Positions 12,770 through 26,400 of a DNA stretch of 64,000 nucleotides are shown piece after piece. The notes under the pieces were generated by a model. The model worked only from the letters and a program-made list of their open reading frames with translations. It did not search any database and was not told the DNA's origin. Every line of letters begins with the position of its first letter. Within the stretch, counting starts at the first letter, position 1. The DNA lies in the NCBI GenBank assembly GCA_030390025.1, contig JASTWF010000035.1, forward strand, positions 3,286,001 through 3,350,000. The letters run 5' to 3'. The translations under genes were made by a program, and so were the position numbers. The DNA comes from Squalus acanthias. Its lineage: Eukaryota.

Positions 12770-15030
12770 TGGGGAGGAGCGATCATAATGTGATAGAATT
12801 CCTCATTAAGATGGAGAGTGAAGTAGTTGACTCCGAGACTAGGGTCCTGAATTTAAATAAAGGAAACTACGATGGTATGAGGCCCAAGTTGGCTAGAATG
12901 GATTGGGGAGCGTTACTTAAAGGGTTGACGGTGGATAGGCAATGGCAAACATTTAAAGATCGCATGGATGAACTACAGAATTTGTTCATCCCTGTTTGGC
13001 ATAAAAATAAAACAAAAAAGGCGACTCAACCATGGCTAACAAGGGAAATTAGGGATAGTATAAGATCCAAGGAGAGGACATATAAATTGGCCAGAAAAAG
13101 CAGCAAACCTGAGGATTGGGAGCAGTTTAGGATTCAGCAAAGGAGAACAAAGGGATTAATTCAGAGGGGGAAAATAGAATGAGAGTAAGCTTGCAGGGAA
13201 CATAAAAACTGACTGTAAAAGCTTCTATAGATATGTGAAGAGAAAAAGATTGGTGATGTCAAGCATTTGTCCCTTGCAGTCAGAATCAGGGGAATTTATA
13301 ATGGGGAACAAAGAAATGGCTGACCAATTAAATACATACTTTGGTTCTGTCTTCACAAAGGAGGACACAAATAAACTCCCAGAGATGTCAGGGAACATAG
13401 GGTCTAATGAGAGGGAGGAATTGAATTAAATCAGTATTTGTACGGAAATGGTGTTAGGGAAATTGACTGGATTGAAGGCCGATAAATCCGCAGGGCCTGA
13501 TAATCTACATCCTAGGGTATTTAAGGAAGTGGCCCCATAAATAGTAGATGCATTGCTGGTCATCTTCCAAAATTCTATAGACTCGAATATTTCCCATGGA
13601 TTGGAGGGTAGCTAATGTAACTCCACTATTTAAAAAAAGGTGGTAGAGGAAAAAAAGGAATTATAGACCGGTAAGCCTGACGTCGGTAGTGGGCAAAATG
13701 CTAGAGTCCATTATAAAAGATGTAATAGCAGAGCACTTGGAAAACAGTGACAGGATCGGACAAAGTCAACATGGATTTACAAAAGGCAAATCATGCCTGA
13801 CTAATCTACTGGAATTTTGAGGATGTAACTGGTAGAATAGATAAGGGAGAAACAGTGGCTGTGGTGTATTTGGACTTTCAGAAGGCTTTTGATAAGGTCC
13901 CGCATAAGAAATTAGCGTGCAAAGTTAAAGCACATGGGATTGGGGGTAAGATACTGACTTGGATAGAGAACTGGTTGGCAGACAGGAAGCAAAGAGTTGG
14001 AATAAACGGGTCTTTTTTGAGTGGCAGGCAGTGACTAGTGGGGTACCGCAGGGATCGGTGCTAGGACCCCAGCTATTCACAATATATATTAATGATCTAG
14101 ACGAGGGAACTAGATGTAACATCTCCAAGTTTGCAGACGACACAAAGCTGGGTGGGCGTGTGTGCTGTGAGGAGGATGCAGGTTGGGTGATTGGGCAGAC
14201 GCATGGCAGATGCTGTACAATGTGGATAAATGCGAGGTTATCCACTTTGGTGGCAAAAACAGGAAGACAGATTATCTGAACGGCAATAGATTGGGAAAAG
14301 GGGAAGTGCAACGAGATCTGGGAGTCCTTGTGCACCAGTCGCTGAAGGTAAGCTTGCAGGTGCAGCAGGCGGTTAAGAAGGCAAATGGTATGTTGGCCTT
14401 CATAGCGAGAGGATTCGAGTACGGGAGCAAGGATGTCTTGCTGCAGTTGTACAGGGCCTTGGTGAGACCACACCTTGAGTATTGTGTGCAGTTTTGGTCG
14501 CCTTATCTGAGGAAGGATGTTCTTGCCATGGAGGGAGTGCAGCGAAGATTTACCAGACTGATACCTGGGGTGGCAGGAATGACATATGAAGAGAGATTGG
14601 GTCGATTAGGCTTATATTCGCTAGAGTTTAGAAGAATGAGAGGGGATCTCATTGAAACTTTTAAAATTCTAACAGGACTAGACAGACTAGATGCAGGAAG
14701 GATGTTCCCGATGGCAGGGGAGTCCAGAACCAGAGGTCACAGTCTAAGGAAAAGGGGTAAGCCATTTAGGACTGATGAGGAGGAATTTCTTCACCCAGAG
14801 AGTGGTGAACCTGTGGAATTCTCTACCACAGAAGGCCGTTGAGGCCAATTCATTAAATAGATTCAAGAAGGAGTTGGATATATTTCTTAAGGCTAAAGGG
14901 ATCAAGGGACATGGGGAGAAAGCAGGGACAGGGTACTGAATTTGGATGATCAGCCATGATCTCATTAAATGGCGGAGCAGGCTCGAGGGGCCAAATGTCA
15001 TACTCCTGCTCCTATCTTCTATGCTTCTGT
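12770..15030 (+). mobile_element. CR1 (family B), 5'-truncated, frameshifted
   Basis: It runs from SDHNV to the C-terminus, then the 3' UTR and a ttctatgc tail. Confidence 0.88.
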
Positions 15031-15113
15031 ATGGTCTTCCATGTAGAGGGCATGATTAAGAAGTTTGCAGACGATACAAAATTTGGCCGTGTGGTTGATA
15101 GAAAGAAAGATGC

Positions 15114-16240
15114 TTCTTCTTCTTAGGCAGTCCCTCGGAACCGAGGATGACTTGCTTCCACATTAAAAATGAGTTCTCGGGTGACTGAGTCCAATGCGTG
15201 ACCTACAGACTCTGTCACAGGTGGGGCAGACAGTGGTTGAAGGGGCGGGTGGGTGGAGTTCTTGGGTTGACGTGCGCTCATTGCGCTTGGCTTCCGCTTG
15301 CTCCTGGCGAAGAGACTCGAGGTGTTCGGCACCTTCCCGGATGCTTCTCCTCCACTTTGTGCGGTCTTGGGCCAGGGATTCCCAGGTGTCGGTGGGGATG
15401 GTGCACTTTTTCAAGGAGGTTTTGAGGGTGTCTTTGAAGCGTTTCCTCTGCCCACCTGGGACTCTCTTGCTGTGTCGGAGGTCCGAGTAGAATGCTTGTT
15501 TTGGGAGTCTCGTATCGGGCATGCGGACGATGTGACCCATCCATCCAAGCTGATCGAGCGTGGTCAAAGCTTCGATGCTGTGGATGTTGGCCTGAGCGTG
15601 AACACTGACGTTGGTGCGCCTATCCTGCCAATGGATTTGTAGGATCTTGCGGAGGCAGAGTTGGTGGTACCTCTCCAGTGCTTTGAGGTGCCTGCTGTAC
15701 ATGGTCCATGTTTCTGAGGCATACAGGAGGGCAGGTATCACTACTGCTCTGTAGACCATGAGCTTGGTGCCGGGTTTGAGGTCATGGTCTTCAAACACTC
15801 TCTTCCTCAGGCGACCGAAGGCTGCACTGACACACTGAAGGTGGTGTTCGACTTCGTCATCGACGTCTGCCCTTGTTGACAGTAGGCTCCCGAGGTATGG
15901 AAAGTGGTCCACGATGTCCAAGGCCTTGTCATGGATTTTGATAAGCGGGGGGCAGTACTGTGTGGCGGGGGCAGGTTGGTAGAGGACCTTTGTCTTATGG
16001 ATGTTTAGTGTAAGGCCTATGCTCTCGTACACTTTGGTGAAGGTGTTGACGATGGTTTGAGTTTGACCTCCGTGTGCGCGCAGACGCAAGGGTCGTCTGC
16101 ATACTGTAATTCGACGACAGAGGATGGGACTGGATTGGAGGCGACGGAGGTTGAACAGTTTCCCGTTTGTTCTGTAAATTAGCTCCACACCAGCGGGGAG
16201 CTTACTGAGGGCGAGATGGAGCATTGCAGCAAGGAAGATC
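15114..16240 (-). mobile_element. RTE-clade LINE, 5'-truncated
   Basis: Motifs are GKLFNLRRL, LLYASETW, GHIVRMPDTRLPK and a CPTC zinc finger, with an (AAG)n tail. The 12-bp TSD AAAGAAAGATGC lies at 15102-15113 and 16241-16252. Confidence 0.92.
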
Positions 16241-16619
16241 AAAGAAAGATGCAGACTGCAGGAAGATATCAGTGCACTGGTGAGGTGGGCAGAACAGTGG
16301 GAATTCAATCCGGAGAAGTGCGAGGTAATGCATTTGGGGAGGCCTAACATGGCAAGGGAATACACAATAAATGGTAGGATACCGAGAAGTGTAGAGGAAC
16401 AGAGGGACCACATAATAGGCATGCCAGCAAAGTTGAAGCCCATGGAATAAAAGGGACAGAGTAGTGGTGACGGTTGTTTTTCGACTGGAGGAAGGTAAAC
16501 AGTGATGTTCCGCAGGGGTTAGTACTAGGACCACTGCGTTTCTTGATATATATTAATGACTTGGACTTGGGAGTACAGGGCACGATTTCAAAATTTGCAG
16601 ATGACACCATACTTGGAAG

Positions 16620-17385
16620 TTTTTTTTTTTTTACTCGCTTTTTGGATCTGGGCGTCACTGGCAAGCCAGCATTTATTGCCCATCCCTAGTTGCCCTTGAG
16701 AAGGTAGTGGTGAGCCGCCGCCTTGAACCGCTGCAGTCCATGTGGTGAAGGTACTCCCACTGTTAGGTACGGAGTTCCAGGAGTTTCACCCAGCGACGAT
16801 GAAGGATCGGCGATGTACTTCTAAGTCAGGATGGTGTGTGACTTGGAGGGGAACTTGGAGGTGGTGGTATTCCCATAGAAACATAGAAAAATAAGATTCA
16901 CGAGCCTGCTCCACCATTCAATATGATCATGGCTGATCCTCTATCTCAATACCATATTCCTACTCTCTCCCCATACCCCTTGATGCCTTTTGTGTCTAGA
17001 AATCTATCTATCTCCTTCTTAAATATATTCAGTGCACCTGCTGCCCTTGTCCTTCTAGGTGGAAGATGTCGCGGGTTTGGGAGGTGCTGCCGAAGAAGCC
17101 TTGGTGAGTTGCTGCGGTGCATCTTGTAGATGGTACACACTGCAGCCACGGTATGCCGGTGGTGGAGGGAGTGAATGTTTAAGGTGATGGATGGGGTGCC
17201 AATCAAACGGGCTGCTTTGTCCTGGATGGTGTCGAGCTTCTTGAGTGTTGTTGGAGCTGCACTCATCCAGGCAAGTGGAGAGTATTCCATCACACTTCTT
17301 ACTTGTGCCTTGTAGATGGTGGAAAGGCTTTGGGGAGTCAGGAGGTGAGACACTTGCTGCAGAATACCTAGCCTCTGACCTGCTT
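16620..17385 (-). mobile_element. 3' end of a second CR1/L2-group LINE (family F), interrupted by a CR1 tail at about 16875-17030
   Basis: It encodes LSTIYKAQVRSVMEYSPLAW...IQDKAARLI and ends in an A-rich tail. Related pieces lie at about 4590-5005, 42662-42965 and 56100-56400. Confidence 0.75.
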
Positions 17386-17841
17386 GAATTGTATAAAACA
17401 CTAGTTAGGCCACAGCTAGAGTACTGCGTACAGTTCTGGTCACCACATTACAGGAAAGATGTGATCGCACTAGGCAGGATATTTACGAGGATGTTAAGAA
17501 CATAAGAAAGAAGAGTAGGCCATACGGCCCCTCGAGCCTGCTCCGCCATTCAATAAGATCATGGCTGATCATCGACCTCAACTCCAATTTCCTGCCCGAT
17601 CTCCATATCTCTTGATTCCCCTCGAGTCAAAAATCTATCTATCTCAGCCTTGAATATACTCAAAGACTCAGCATTCACAGACCTGTGGGGCAGAGAATTG
17701 CAAAGATTCACAGCCCTCTGAGTGAAGAAATTCCTCCTCATCTCAGTCTTAAATGGCCGACCCCTTATTCTGACACTATGCCCCCTAGTTCTATACACTC
17801 CAGCCAGGGGAAACATCTCAGCATCTACCCTGTCAATTGTA

Positions 17842-19557
17842 AGATACGGGGGAATATATAACGGGAAATAAGGAAATGGCAGACCAACTAAATGCATACT
17901 TTGGGTCAGTCTTTACGAAGGAAGACACAAAAAACCTCCCTGGGATATCGGGAAAAATAGGGACATTTGCAAAGGAGGAACTGACGCAAATCAATATCTC
18001 TAAGGATATGGTGTTAAGGAAGCTAAAGGGATTGAAGGCGGACAAATCCCCAGGGCCTGATAACATGCATCCTAGGGTGCTGAAGGAGGTGGCCCTAGAG
18101 ATAGCGGATGCACTAAGTATGATTTTTCAGAATTCATTAGACTCGGGAACAGTGCCCATGGATTGGAGGGTAGCTAACGTTACCCCACTATTCAAAAAGG
18201 GGGGTAGGGAAAAAGCAGGTAATTACAGACCTGTAAGCCTTACATCAGTTGTGGGCAAAATGCTGGAGTCCATCATTAAGGATGAAATAGCGGAGCACTT
18301 AGCAAATGGGGACAGGATAGGACAGAGTCAACATGGATTTACAAAGGGTAAATCGTGCTTGACTAATCTATTGGAATTCTTTGAGGGAGTAACTGGTAAA
18401 ATAGATGGGGGAGAGCCAGTAGATGTGGTGTACCTGGACTTCCAAAAGGCCTTCGATAAGGTCCCACATAAAAGATTAGCAGGGAAAATTGAAGCTCATG
18501 GGATAAAGGGGAAAGTATTGACGTGGATAGAGAACTGGCTGTCAGATAGAAAACAGAGAGTTGGAATAAACGGCTCATTTTCTGAATGGCAGGCAGTAAC
18601 AAGTGGGGTACCACAGGGATCTGTCCTGGGTCCCCAGCTGTTCACAATTTACATTAATGACCTGGATCAGGGAGTCGGATGCAGCATTTCCAAATTTGCA
18701 GACGACACTAAACTCGGAGGGGGGGTGGGCTCAGAGGAGGAGACCAGGAAGCTCCAGAGCGATTTGGACAGACTGGGTGATTGGGCGGATAAATGGCAGA
18801 TGCACTATAATGTGGACAAGTGCGAAGTTATCCACCTTGGGTGCAGGAACGGGAGGGCAAATTATTATTTAAATGGCAATAAATTGGGAGAGGGGGAAGT
18901 ACAGAGAGACCTGGGTGTTCTTGTACACCAGTCACTGAAGGCGAGCATGCAGGTGCAACAGGCGGTCAAGAAGGCAAACGGTATGCTGGCCTTCATAGCA
19001 AAAGGGTTGGAATACAGGAACAGGGATACCTTGCTGCAGCTGTACAGGGCACTGGTGAGACCACACCTCGAGTACTGTGTACAGTTTTGGTCGCCTCATC
19101 TGAGGAAAGATGTTCTTGCCATGGAGGGGGTGCAGCGGCGATTCACCAGGCTGATACCAGGAATGGCGGGATTGACCTATGAGGAGAGACTATGTAGTTT
19201 AGGGATGTACACACTGGAGTTTAGAAGATTGAGAGGGGACCTCATAGAAGTGTATAAAATTCTGACAGGTCTAGACAGACTAGATGCAGAAGGAATGTTT
19301 CCCTTGGCGGGTGAGAACAGAACTAGAGGACATAATTTAAGGATAAGGGCAAAACCATTTAGGACAGAAATGAGGGGGAATTTCTTCACTCAGAGGGTGG
19401 TGAACCTGTGGAACTCATTGCCACAGAGGGCAGTGTACGCCAGCTCATTAAATATATTTAAGAGGGAATTAGATATATTTCTACAGGCAAAAGGGGTTAA
19501 GGGTTACGGAGAGAAGGCGGGGACGGGATACTGAATTGGAGGATCAGCCATGATCTC
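17842..19557 (+). mobile_element. Young CR1 (family D): open RT ORF 17876-19534, 3' UTR truncated
   Basis: The 552-aa RT ORF is uninterrupted and nearly identical to 57553-58972. Confidence 0.92.
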
Positions 19558-19905
19558 TATGAAAAATATATGTTTTGTATGTGTGATGGACTCGAGACTA
19601 TTAATATAAGATGTATGTAATAAAGATAAATTTGATGTGTATGGATCTCCCCTGGGTAAGGCAACAGTGCGAAACTTAACAAAGGAAACCTGCATAACAG
19701 GATAACCCCCCACAGAGACCCATCGAAAACCCATCGAAACTCACCATCGAAACTCAAGAGCCACTAAAAGGTGTTAACAATTAACTTAATCAAGAAATGG
19801 CCCCAGCCACTGCAGACAGACACATGTTCAAAGGAAAGCCAATCAAGAACTGCCATGAAACTAAGACCCAATCCTGGGGTCTTAGCAATTTAGACTAGAG
19901 ACAAT

Positions 19906-20793
19906 GGGGGAAAAATTCAGTTGGTTGCGCCTCCCGTTAGCGCCTTAAGAGAGCGCTACTGGGGTGCAAAGCAACAAGCGCCCGGGCACGGCGATGTTTG
20001 CGCCGCTCACGAAATTACCTAGACATTTTGCGGCGGTGCTAAACACTACCGCCACGATCTCCTACGCCGGCAGATCGTGACGTCAGTCGAGTGCGCAACG
20101 CCCCGGACCGGATATTGAGTGGTGCCCCCTGCCTTACCACCTGCCGCTAGCAACGACAGGTTGAGGGGAGCGTTTTGCAGTCAGGAAGGGACTGGGGGAG
20201 CGCTATTTAAAGGCGAACGCTTCCTGCCTTTTATTGTTGGTGACATTTTTGAACCACGCATTCTGAGAGAGAGAGAGAGAGAGAGAGACTTCTGTAAAGA
20301 TTCAACGCTGTGTGAAGGAGTTTTGGGTACTGAGCAGCACTTTGCAGGTTCATTTTGATTTGCCATTCCTTGTATCGATTTAGAAGAGACTGTGGGGGTT
20401 GCACTCTGAGCTCTTTCCCTGGTTCTCTCCATTGTTCTTTCCAGCAGATTTGATGTACAGGTCTCTCCAGGCCGAGATTCAAAGCTGCAATGAGCAGGAT
20501 GTGGATGGAAAGCAAGATCAACCCTCCCCTTTAAGAACTGTCTGGCACCATTGTGTCTGTGTTCCATTGCTGACTGACATCACATGAGCTTCTCCAGCAC
20601 TCTGAGGTAGCGCCTCGCTCCTCAGCCTTTGTACCTTAAGACAGGTGTGAAGCGCCTGATTTCGTGCTCCAATCACCTCCAGGGGCGATAAAAGCCAAGT
20701 TTGCAGTCGGAGGCGATAATTAGCGCCAGGCGCTAATCTTTACGCCCGGCCGATAATTGCGCCCCAAATAAGGCGATACTGAATTTCTCCCCC
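19906..20793. mobile_element. MITE / non-autonomous DNA transposon
   Basis: TIRs are GGGGGAAAAATTCAG / CTGAATTTCTCCCCC (14/15) with TSD AAT. The subterminal regions are CpG-rich and there is an internal (GA)n. Confidence 0.85.
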
Positions 20794-21426
20794 AATGGAC
20801 TTAAAAAGATATAAAATAAGGAACCCAAAGGTTCTCTCTCTCTGGATGACCACGCAGAAAAACAAGAAGCACTCCCCTCTACAGACCAGACCAAGAAGCA
20901 AGGAAAAAGGCCGCGTGCATTGCTTAACTCAGGAAAGTACCAGTCTGTGTAAATCTAACCCATTACCTTACGAGTTGTAATCGAGTAGAGTCCATAAATA
21001 CCAGTAGGCTATTGTTTTGATGTGCGTGAGTGTGTGTGTTTAATAAACTTGCATCAGTGTGTGTTTAATAAACTTATTCCAAATTGTTTCAAAAGAATTG
21101 GTCTTGCTGTCGATTTAATGCCAGTCGAAATAAAAAGCTTACACAATCCCCTTCAGAATCTTGTATGTTTCAATGCGATCACCTCTCATTCTTCTAAACC
21201 CCAGAGAGTATAGGCCCATTCTACACAATCTCTCATCATAGGACAGCCCTCTCATCATAGGACAGCCCTCTCATCCCAGGAATCAATCTAGTGAACCTTT
21301 GTAGCACTGCCTCCAAGGCAAGTATATCCTTCCTTAGATAAGGAGACCAAAACTGTGCACAGTACTCCAGGTGTAGTCTCACCAAGGCCCCGTACAATTG
21401 TAGCAAGACTTCCTTACTCTTATACT

Positions 21427-22975
21427 GCTAATGTAACACCCTTATTTAAAAAGGGTAGTAGGCAGAAGGCTGGAAATTATAGACCAGTTAGCCTAACATC
21501 TGTGGTGGGTAAAATTTTGGAGTCTATTATTAAGGAGACAGTAACGGAACATTTAGATAAACATAATTTAATAGGACAAAGTCAGCATAGCTTTATGAAG
21601 GGGAAGTCATGTCTGACAAATTTGCTTGTGTTCTTTGAGGACATAACGTACAGGGTGGATAAAGGGGAACCAGTGGACGTAGTGTATTTAGACTTCCAGA
21701 AGGCATTCGACAAGGTGCCACATAAAAGATTATTGCTCAAGATAAAAAATCACTGGATTGGGGGTAATATTCTGGCATGGGTGGAGGATTGGTTATCTAA
21801 CAGGAAGCAGAGAGTTGGGATAAATGGTTCATTCTCGGACTGGCAACCAGTGGCCAGTGGTGTTCCGCAGGGGTCGGTGCTGGGTCCCCAGCTCTTCACA
21901 ATCTATATTAACGATTTGGAAGAGGGGACCGAGTGTAACATATCAAAGTTTGCAGATGATACAAAGATGGGAGGGAAAGTAGAAAGTGAGGAGGACATAA
22001 AAAACCTACAATGGGATATAGACAGGCTGGGTGAGTGGGCGGAGATTTGGCAGATGCAATACAATATTGGAAAATGTGAGGTTATGCACTTTGGCAGGAA
22101 AAATCAGAGAGCAAGTTATTATCTTAATGGCGAGAAACTGGAAAGTACTGCAGTACAAAGGGATCTGGGGGTCCTAGTGCAAGAAAATCAAAAAGTTAGT
22201 GTGCAGGTGCAGCAGGTGATCAAGAAGGCCAACGGAATGTTGGCTTTTATTGCTAGGGGGATAGTTTATAAAAACAGGGAGGTATTGCTGCAGTTATATA
22301 AGGTATTGGTGAGACCGCACCTGGAATACTGCATACAGTTTTGGTGTCCATACTTAAGAAAAGACATACTTGCTCTCAAGGCAGTACAAAGAAGGTTCAC
22401 TCGGTTAATCCCGGGGATGAGGGGGTGGACATATGAGGAGAGGTTGAGTAGATTGGGACTCTACTCATTGGAGTTCAGAAGAATGAGAGGCGATCTTATT
22501 GAAACATATAAGATTGTGAAGGGGCTTGATCGGGTGGATGCGGTAAGGATGTTCCCAAGGATGGGTGAAACTAGAACTAGGGGGCATAATCTTAGAATAA
22601 GGGGCTGCTCTTTCAAAACTGAGATGAGGAGAAACTTCTTCACTCAGAGGGTAGTAGGTCTGTGGAATTTGCTGCCCCAGGAAGCTGTGGAAGCTACATC
22701 ATTAAATAAATTTAAAACAGAAATAGACAGTTTCCTAGAAGTAAAGGGAATTAGGGGTTACGGTGAGCGGGCTGGAAATTAGAGATGAGGCTGAGTTCGG
22801 ATCGGTCAAGGCCCTGTGGGTGGCGGAGCGGGCCCAGGGGCTGAGTGGCCGGGTCCTGCTCCTACTTCTTGTGTTCTTTAGATTTGAGGTTAGGATCAGA
22901 TCAGCCATGATCTTATTGAATGGCAGAGCAGGCTCGAGGGGCCGATTGGCCTACTCCTGCTCCTATTTCTTATGT
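21427..22975 (+). mobile_element. Young CR1 (family C), 5'-truncated
   Basis: The RT ORF is open to 22782. The 9-bp TSD TCTTATACT lies at 21418-21426 and 22976-22984. Confidence 0.92.
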
Positions 22976-23476
22976 TCTTATACTCCAAACCCATTGCAAT
23001 AAAGGCCAACATGCCATTTGCCTTCCTTATTGTTTGCTGTACCTGCATGCTAGCTTTCTGTGTTTCTTGCACGAGGACACCCAAATCTCTCTATTTGAAA
23101 GTTTCTCACCATTTCAAAAATATTCTGTTTTTCTATTCTTCCTACCAAAGTGAATAACCTCACATTTCCCTACATTATACTCCATCTGCCCACTCACTTA
23201 GTCTATCTATATCCCTTTGCAGACTCTTTGTGTTCTCCTCACAGCTTACTGTCCCACCTAGCTTTGTATTATCAGCAAACTTGGATACATTAAACTCGGT
23301 CCCTTCATCTAGGTCATTAATATAGATTGTAAATAGCTGAGGCCCCAACACTGATCCTTGCGGCACCCCACTAGTTACAGCCTGCCAACCTGAAAAATAT
23401 CCGTTTATCCCTACTCTCTGTTTTCTGTCTGTTAACCAATCCTCTATCCATGCTACTATATTACCCCCAAGCCCAT

Positions 23477-26400
23477 AGAAGCATAGAAGATAGGAGCATG
23501 CGTAGGCTATTCGGCCCCTCGAGCCTGCTCCGCCATTTAATGAGATCATGGCTGATCATCAAAATTCAGTACCCTATACCTGCTTTCTCCCCATATCCCT
23601 TGATCCCTTTAGCCTTAAGAAATATATCTATCTACTTCTTGAATATATTTAATGAATTGGCCTCAACTGTCTTCTGTGGTAGAGAATTCCCCGGCTTCAC
23701 CACTCTCTGGGTGAAGAAATTCCTCCTCATCTCAGTCCTAAATGGCTTACCCCTTATCCTTAGACTGTGACCCCTGGTTCTGGACTCCCCCGCCATCGGG
23801 AACATCCTTCCTGCATCTAGTCTGTCTAGTCCTGTTAGAATTTTATAAGTTTCAATGAGATCCCCTCTCATTCTTCTAAACTCTAGCGAATATAAGCCTA
23901 ATCGACCCAATCTCTCTTCATACGTCATTCCTGCCATCCCAGGTATCAGTCTGGTAAATCTACGCTGCACTCCCTCCATGGCAAGAACATCCTTCCTCAG
24001 ATAAGGCGACCAAAACTGCACACAATACTCAAGGTGTGGTCTCACCAAGGCCCTGTACAACTGCAGCAAGACATCCTTGCTCCCGTACTCGAATCCTCTC
24101 GCTATGAAGAACAACATACCATTTGCCTTCTTAACCGCCTGCTGCACCTGCATGCTTACCTTCAGCGACTGGTGCACAAGGACTCCCAGATCTAGTTGCA
24201 CTTCCCCTTTTCCCAATCTATTGCCGTTCAGATAATAATCTGTCTTCCTGTTTTTGCCACCAAAGTGGATAACCTCGCATTTATCCACATTATACTGCAT
24301 CTGCCATGCGTCTGCCCAATCACCCAACCTGTCCAAATCATACTGGAGTTTCTCTGCATCCTCCTCACAGTACACACGCCCACCCAGCTTTGTGTCGTCT
24401 GCAAACTTGGAGATATTACATCTAGTTCCCTCGTCTAGATCATTAATAAATATTGTGAATAGCTGGGGTCCTAGCACCGATCGCTGCGGTACCCCACTAG
24501 TCACTGCCTGTCACTCGGAAAAAGACCCGTTTATTCCAACTCTTTGCTTCCTGTCTGTCAACGATATAGGTAAAAAAGGGGATGAGGTCCTAAAAGCAGA
24601 ATATAGGGAGTTAGGAGGTAAATTAAAAAATAGGACCTCAAAGGTAGTAATCTCAGGATTGCTACCAGTGCCACGTGCTAGTCAGAGTAGAAATAGGAGG
24701 ATATTTCAAATGAATATGTGGCTAGAGGAATGGTGTAAGGGGGAGGGATTCAAATTCCTGGGACATTGGAACCGGTTCTGGGGGAGGTGGGACCAGTACA
24801 AACCGGACGGTCTGCACCTGGGCAGGGCCGGGACCGCTGTCCTAGGGGGAGTGTTTGCTAGTGCTGTTGGGGAGGATTTAAACTAATGTGGCAGGGGGTT
24901 GGGAACCTGAGCAGGGAGACAGAGGAAAGCATGTCAGGAAGGGACAGAAGGTATGGAGTAAAAGGTAAAGTGTTAAATAAGGAAAAAGCAGGAAGTAAGT
25001 GTCGCAAAACACATTTGAAAGTTCTTTATCTGAATGCACGTAGCATTCGTAACAAAATTGACGAGTTAACGGCACAAATAACTATGTATGGGTATGATCT
25101 TGTGGCCATTACAGAAACATGGCTGCTGGGTGACAACGTCTGGGAATTAAATATGCCAGGGTATTTAACAATCAGGAAGGACAGGCAGGAAGGAAGGGGA
25201 GGGGGGGTGGCTATGTTAATAAAGAAAGGAATCACTGTAATACAGAGAAATGATATTGGGTCAAAAGATCAGGATAATGAAACAGTTTGGGTAGAGATAA
25301 GGAATAATAAGGGGAAAAAAACACTGGTGGGCGTAGTATATAGGCCTCCTAATAGTTGCAACTCTGTTGGAAGAAGTATTAATCAGGAAATAGTTGGGGC
25401 ATGTAATAAGGGAACAGCTATAATTATGGGGGATTTTAACTATCATATTAACTGGACAAATCAAATTGGGCAAGGCAGCCTTGAGGAAGAGTTTATTGAG
25501 TGTCTTAGGGATGGATTTCTTGAGCAGTATGTAACTGATCCTACAAGGGGGCAAGCAACCTTGGACCTGGTACTGTGTAATCAGTCTGGATTAATTAATA
25601 ATGTCCTAGTTAAGGATCCCCTTGGAATGAGTGACCATAACATGGTTGAATTCCATATCCAATTAGAGGGTGAGAAGGTTGGTTCTCAAACAAGCATACT
25701 GAGCTTGAATAAAGGAGACGATGATGGCATGAGAGCAGAATTGATTAAAGTGGACTGGGAAAATAGATTAAAGGGTAAGACGGTACATGAGCAGTGGTGT
25801 TCATTCAAGGAGTTATTTTACAACTTTCAAAATAAATATATTCCACTGAGGAAAAAAGGGTGTAAAAGAAATGACAGCCATCCATGGCAAAGTAAAGAAA
25901 TTAAAGAAAGTATCCAACTAAAAACAAGAACATATAAGGTAGCCAAAGTTAGTGGGAGGATAGAAGATTGGGAAGTCTTCAAAAGACAACAAAAAGTAAC
26001 TAAAGGATTGATTAAGAAAGGGAAAATAGACTATGAAAATAAATTAGCAAAAAATATAAAAACAGATAGCAAGAGTTTCTATAGTTATATAAAAAGAAAA
26101 AGGGTGGTTAAGGCAAACGTAGGTCCCTTAGAGGATGAGACCGGGAAATTAATGGTGGGAAACATGGAGATGGCAAAAATGCTGAACAAATATTTTGTTT
26201 CAGTCTTTACGATAGAGGACACTAAGAATATCCCAACACTGGACAAACAGGGGGCTCTAGTGGGGGAGGAGCTAAATACGATTAAAATTACTAAGGAATT
26301 GGTACTCAGTAAAATAATGGGACTCAAGGCGGATAAATCCCCTGGACCTGATGGCTTACATCCTAGGGTCTTGAGAGAAGTGGCAGTAGGAATTGTGGAT

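Larger units (their letters stand above)
17838..21143 (+). mobile_element. Solo LTR carrying a nested CR1 and a nested MITE
   Basis: Termini are TGTAAG...CTTACA with a 4-bp TSD CAAT (17834-17837 and 21144-21147). A TATA-like motif lies near 20810 and AATAAA motifs near 21042-21134. Confidence 0.75.

Noticed and set aside
15163..16443. 426-aa ORF as a single gene
   Set aside because: It is a chimera of antisense CR1 sequence and an RTE fragment across the TSD at 16241.
19861..19885. 9-bp stem hairpin CTAAGACCC/GGGTCTTAG and nearby CCATCGAAA repeats
   Set aside because: These lie within the putative LTR. No ribozyme core or other support was found.
21241..21275. 19-bp tandem duplication in an old CR1
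   Set aside because: This is ordinary slippage in a dead copy.
24884..24888. TAATG stop/start overlap suggesting termination-reinitiation
   Set aside because: It is present in only one of four junctions (the others read TAATAT, TAATTT and TAAAGT), so it is not the general mechanism, although it may operate in this family.
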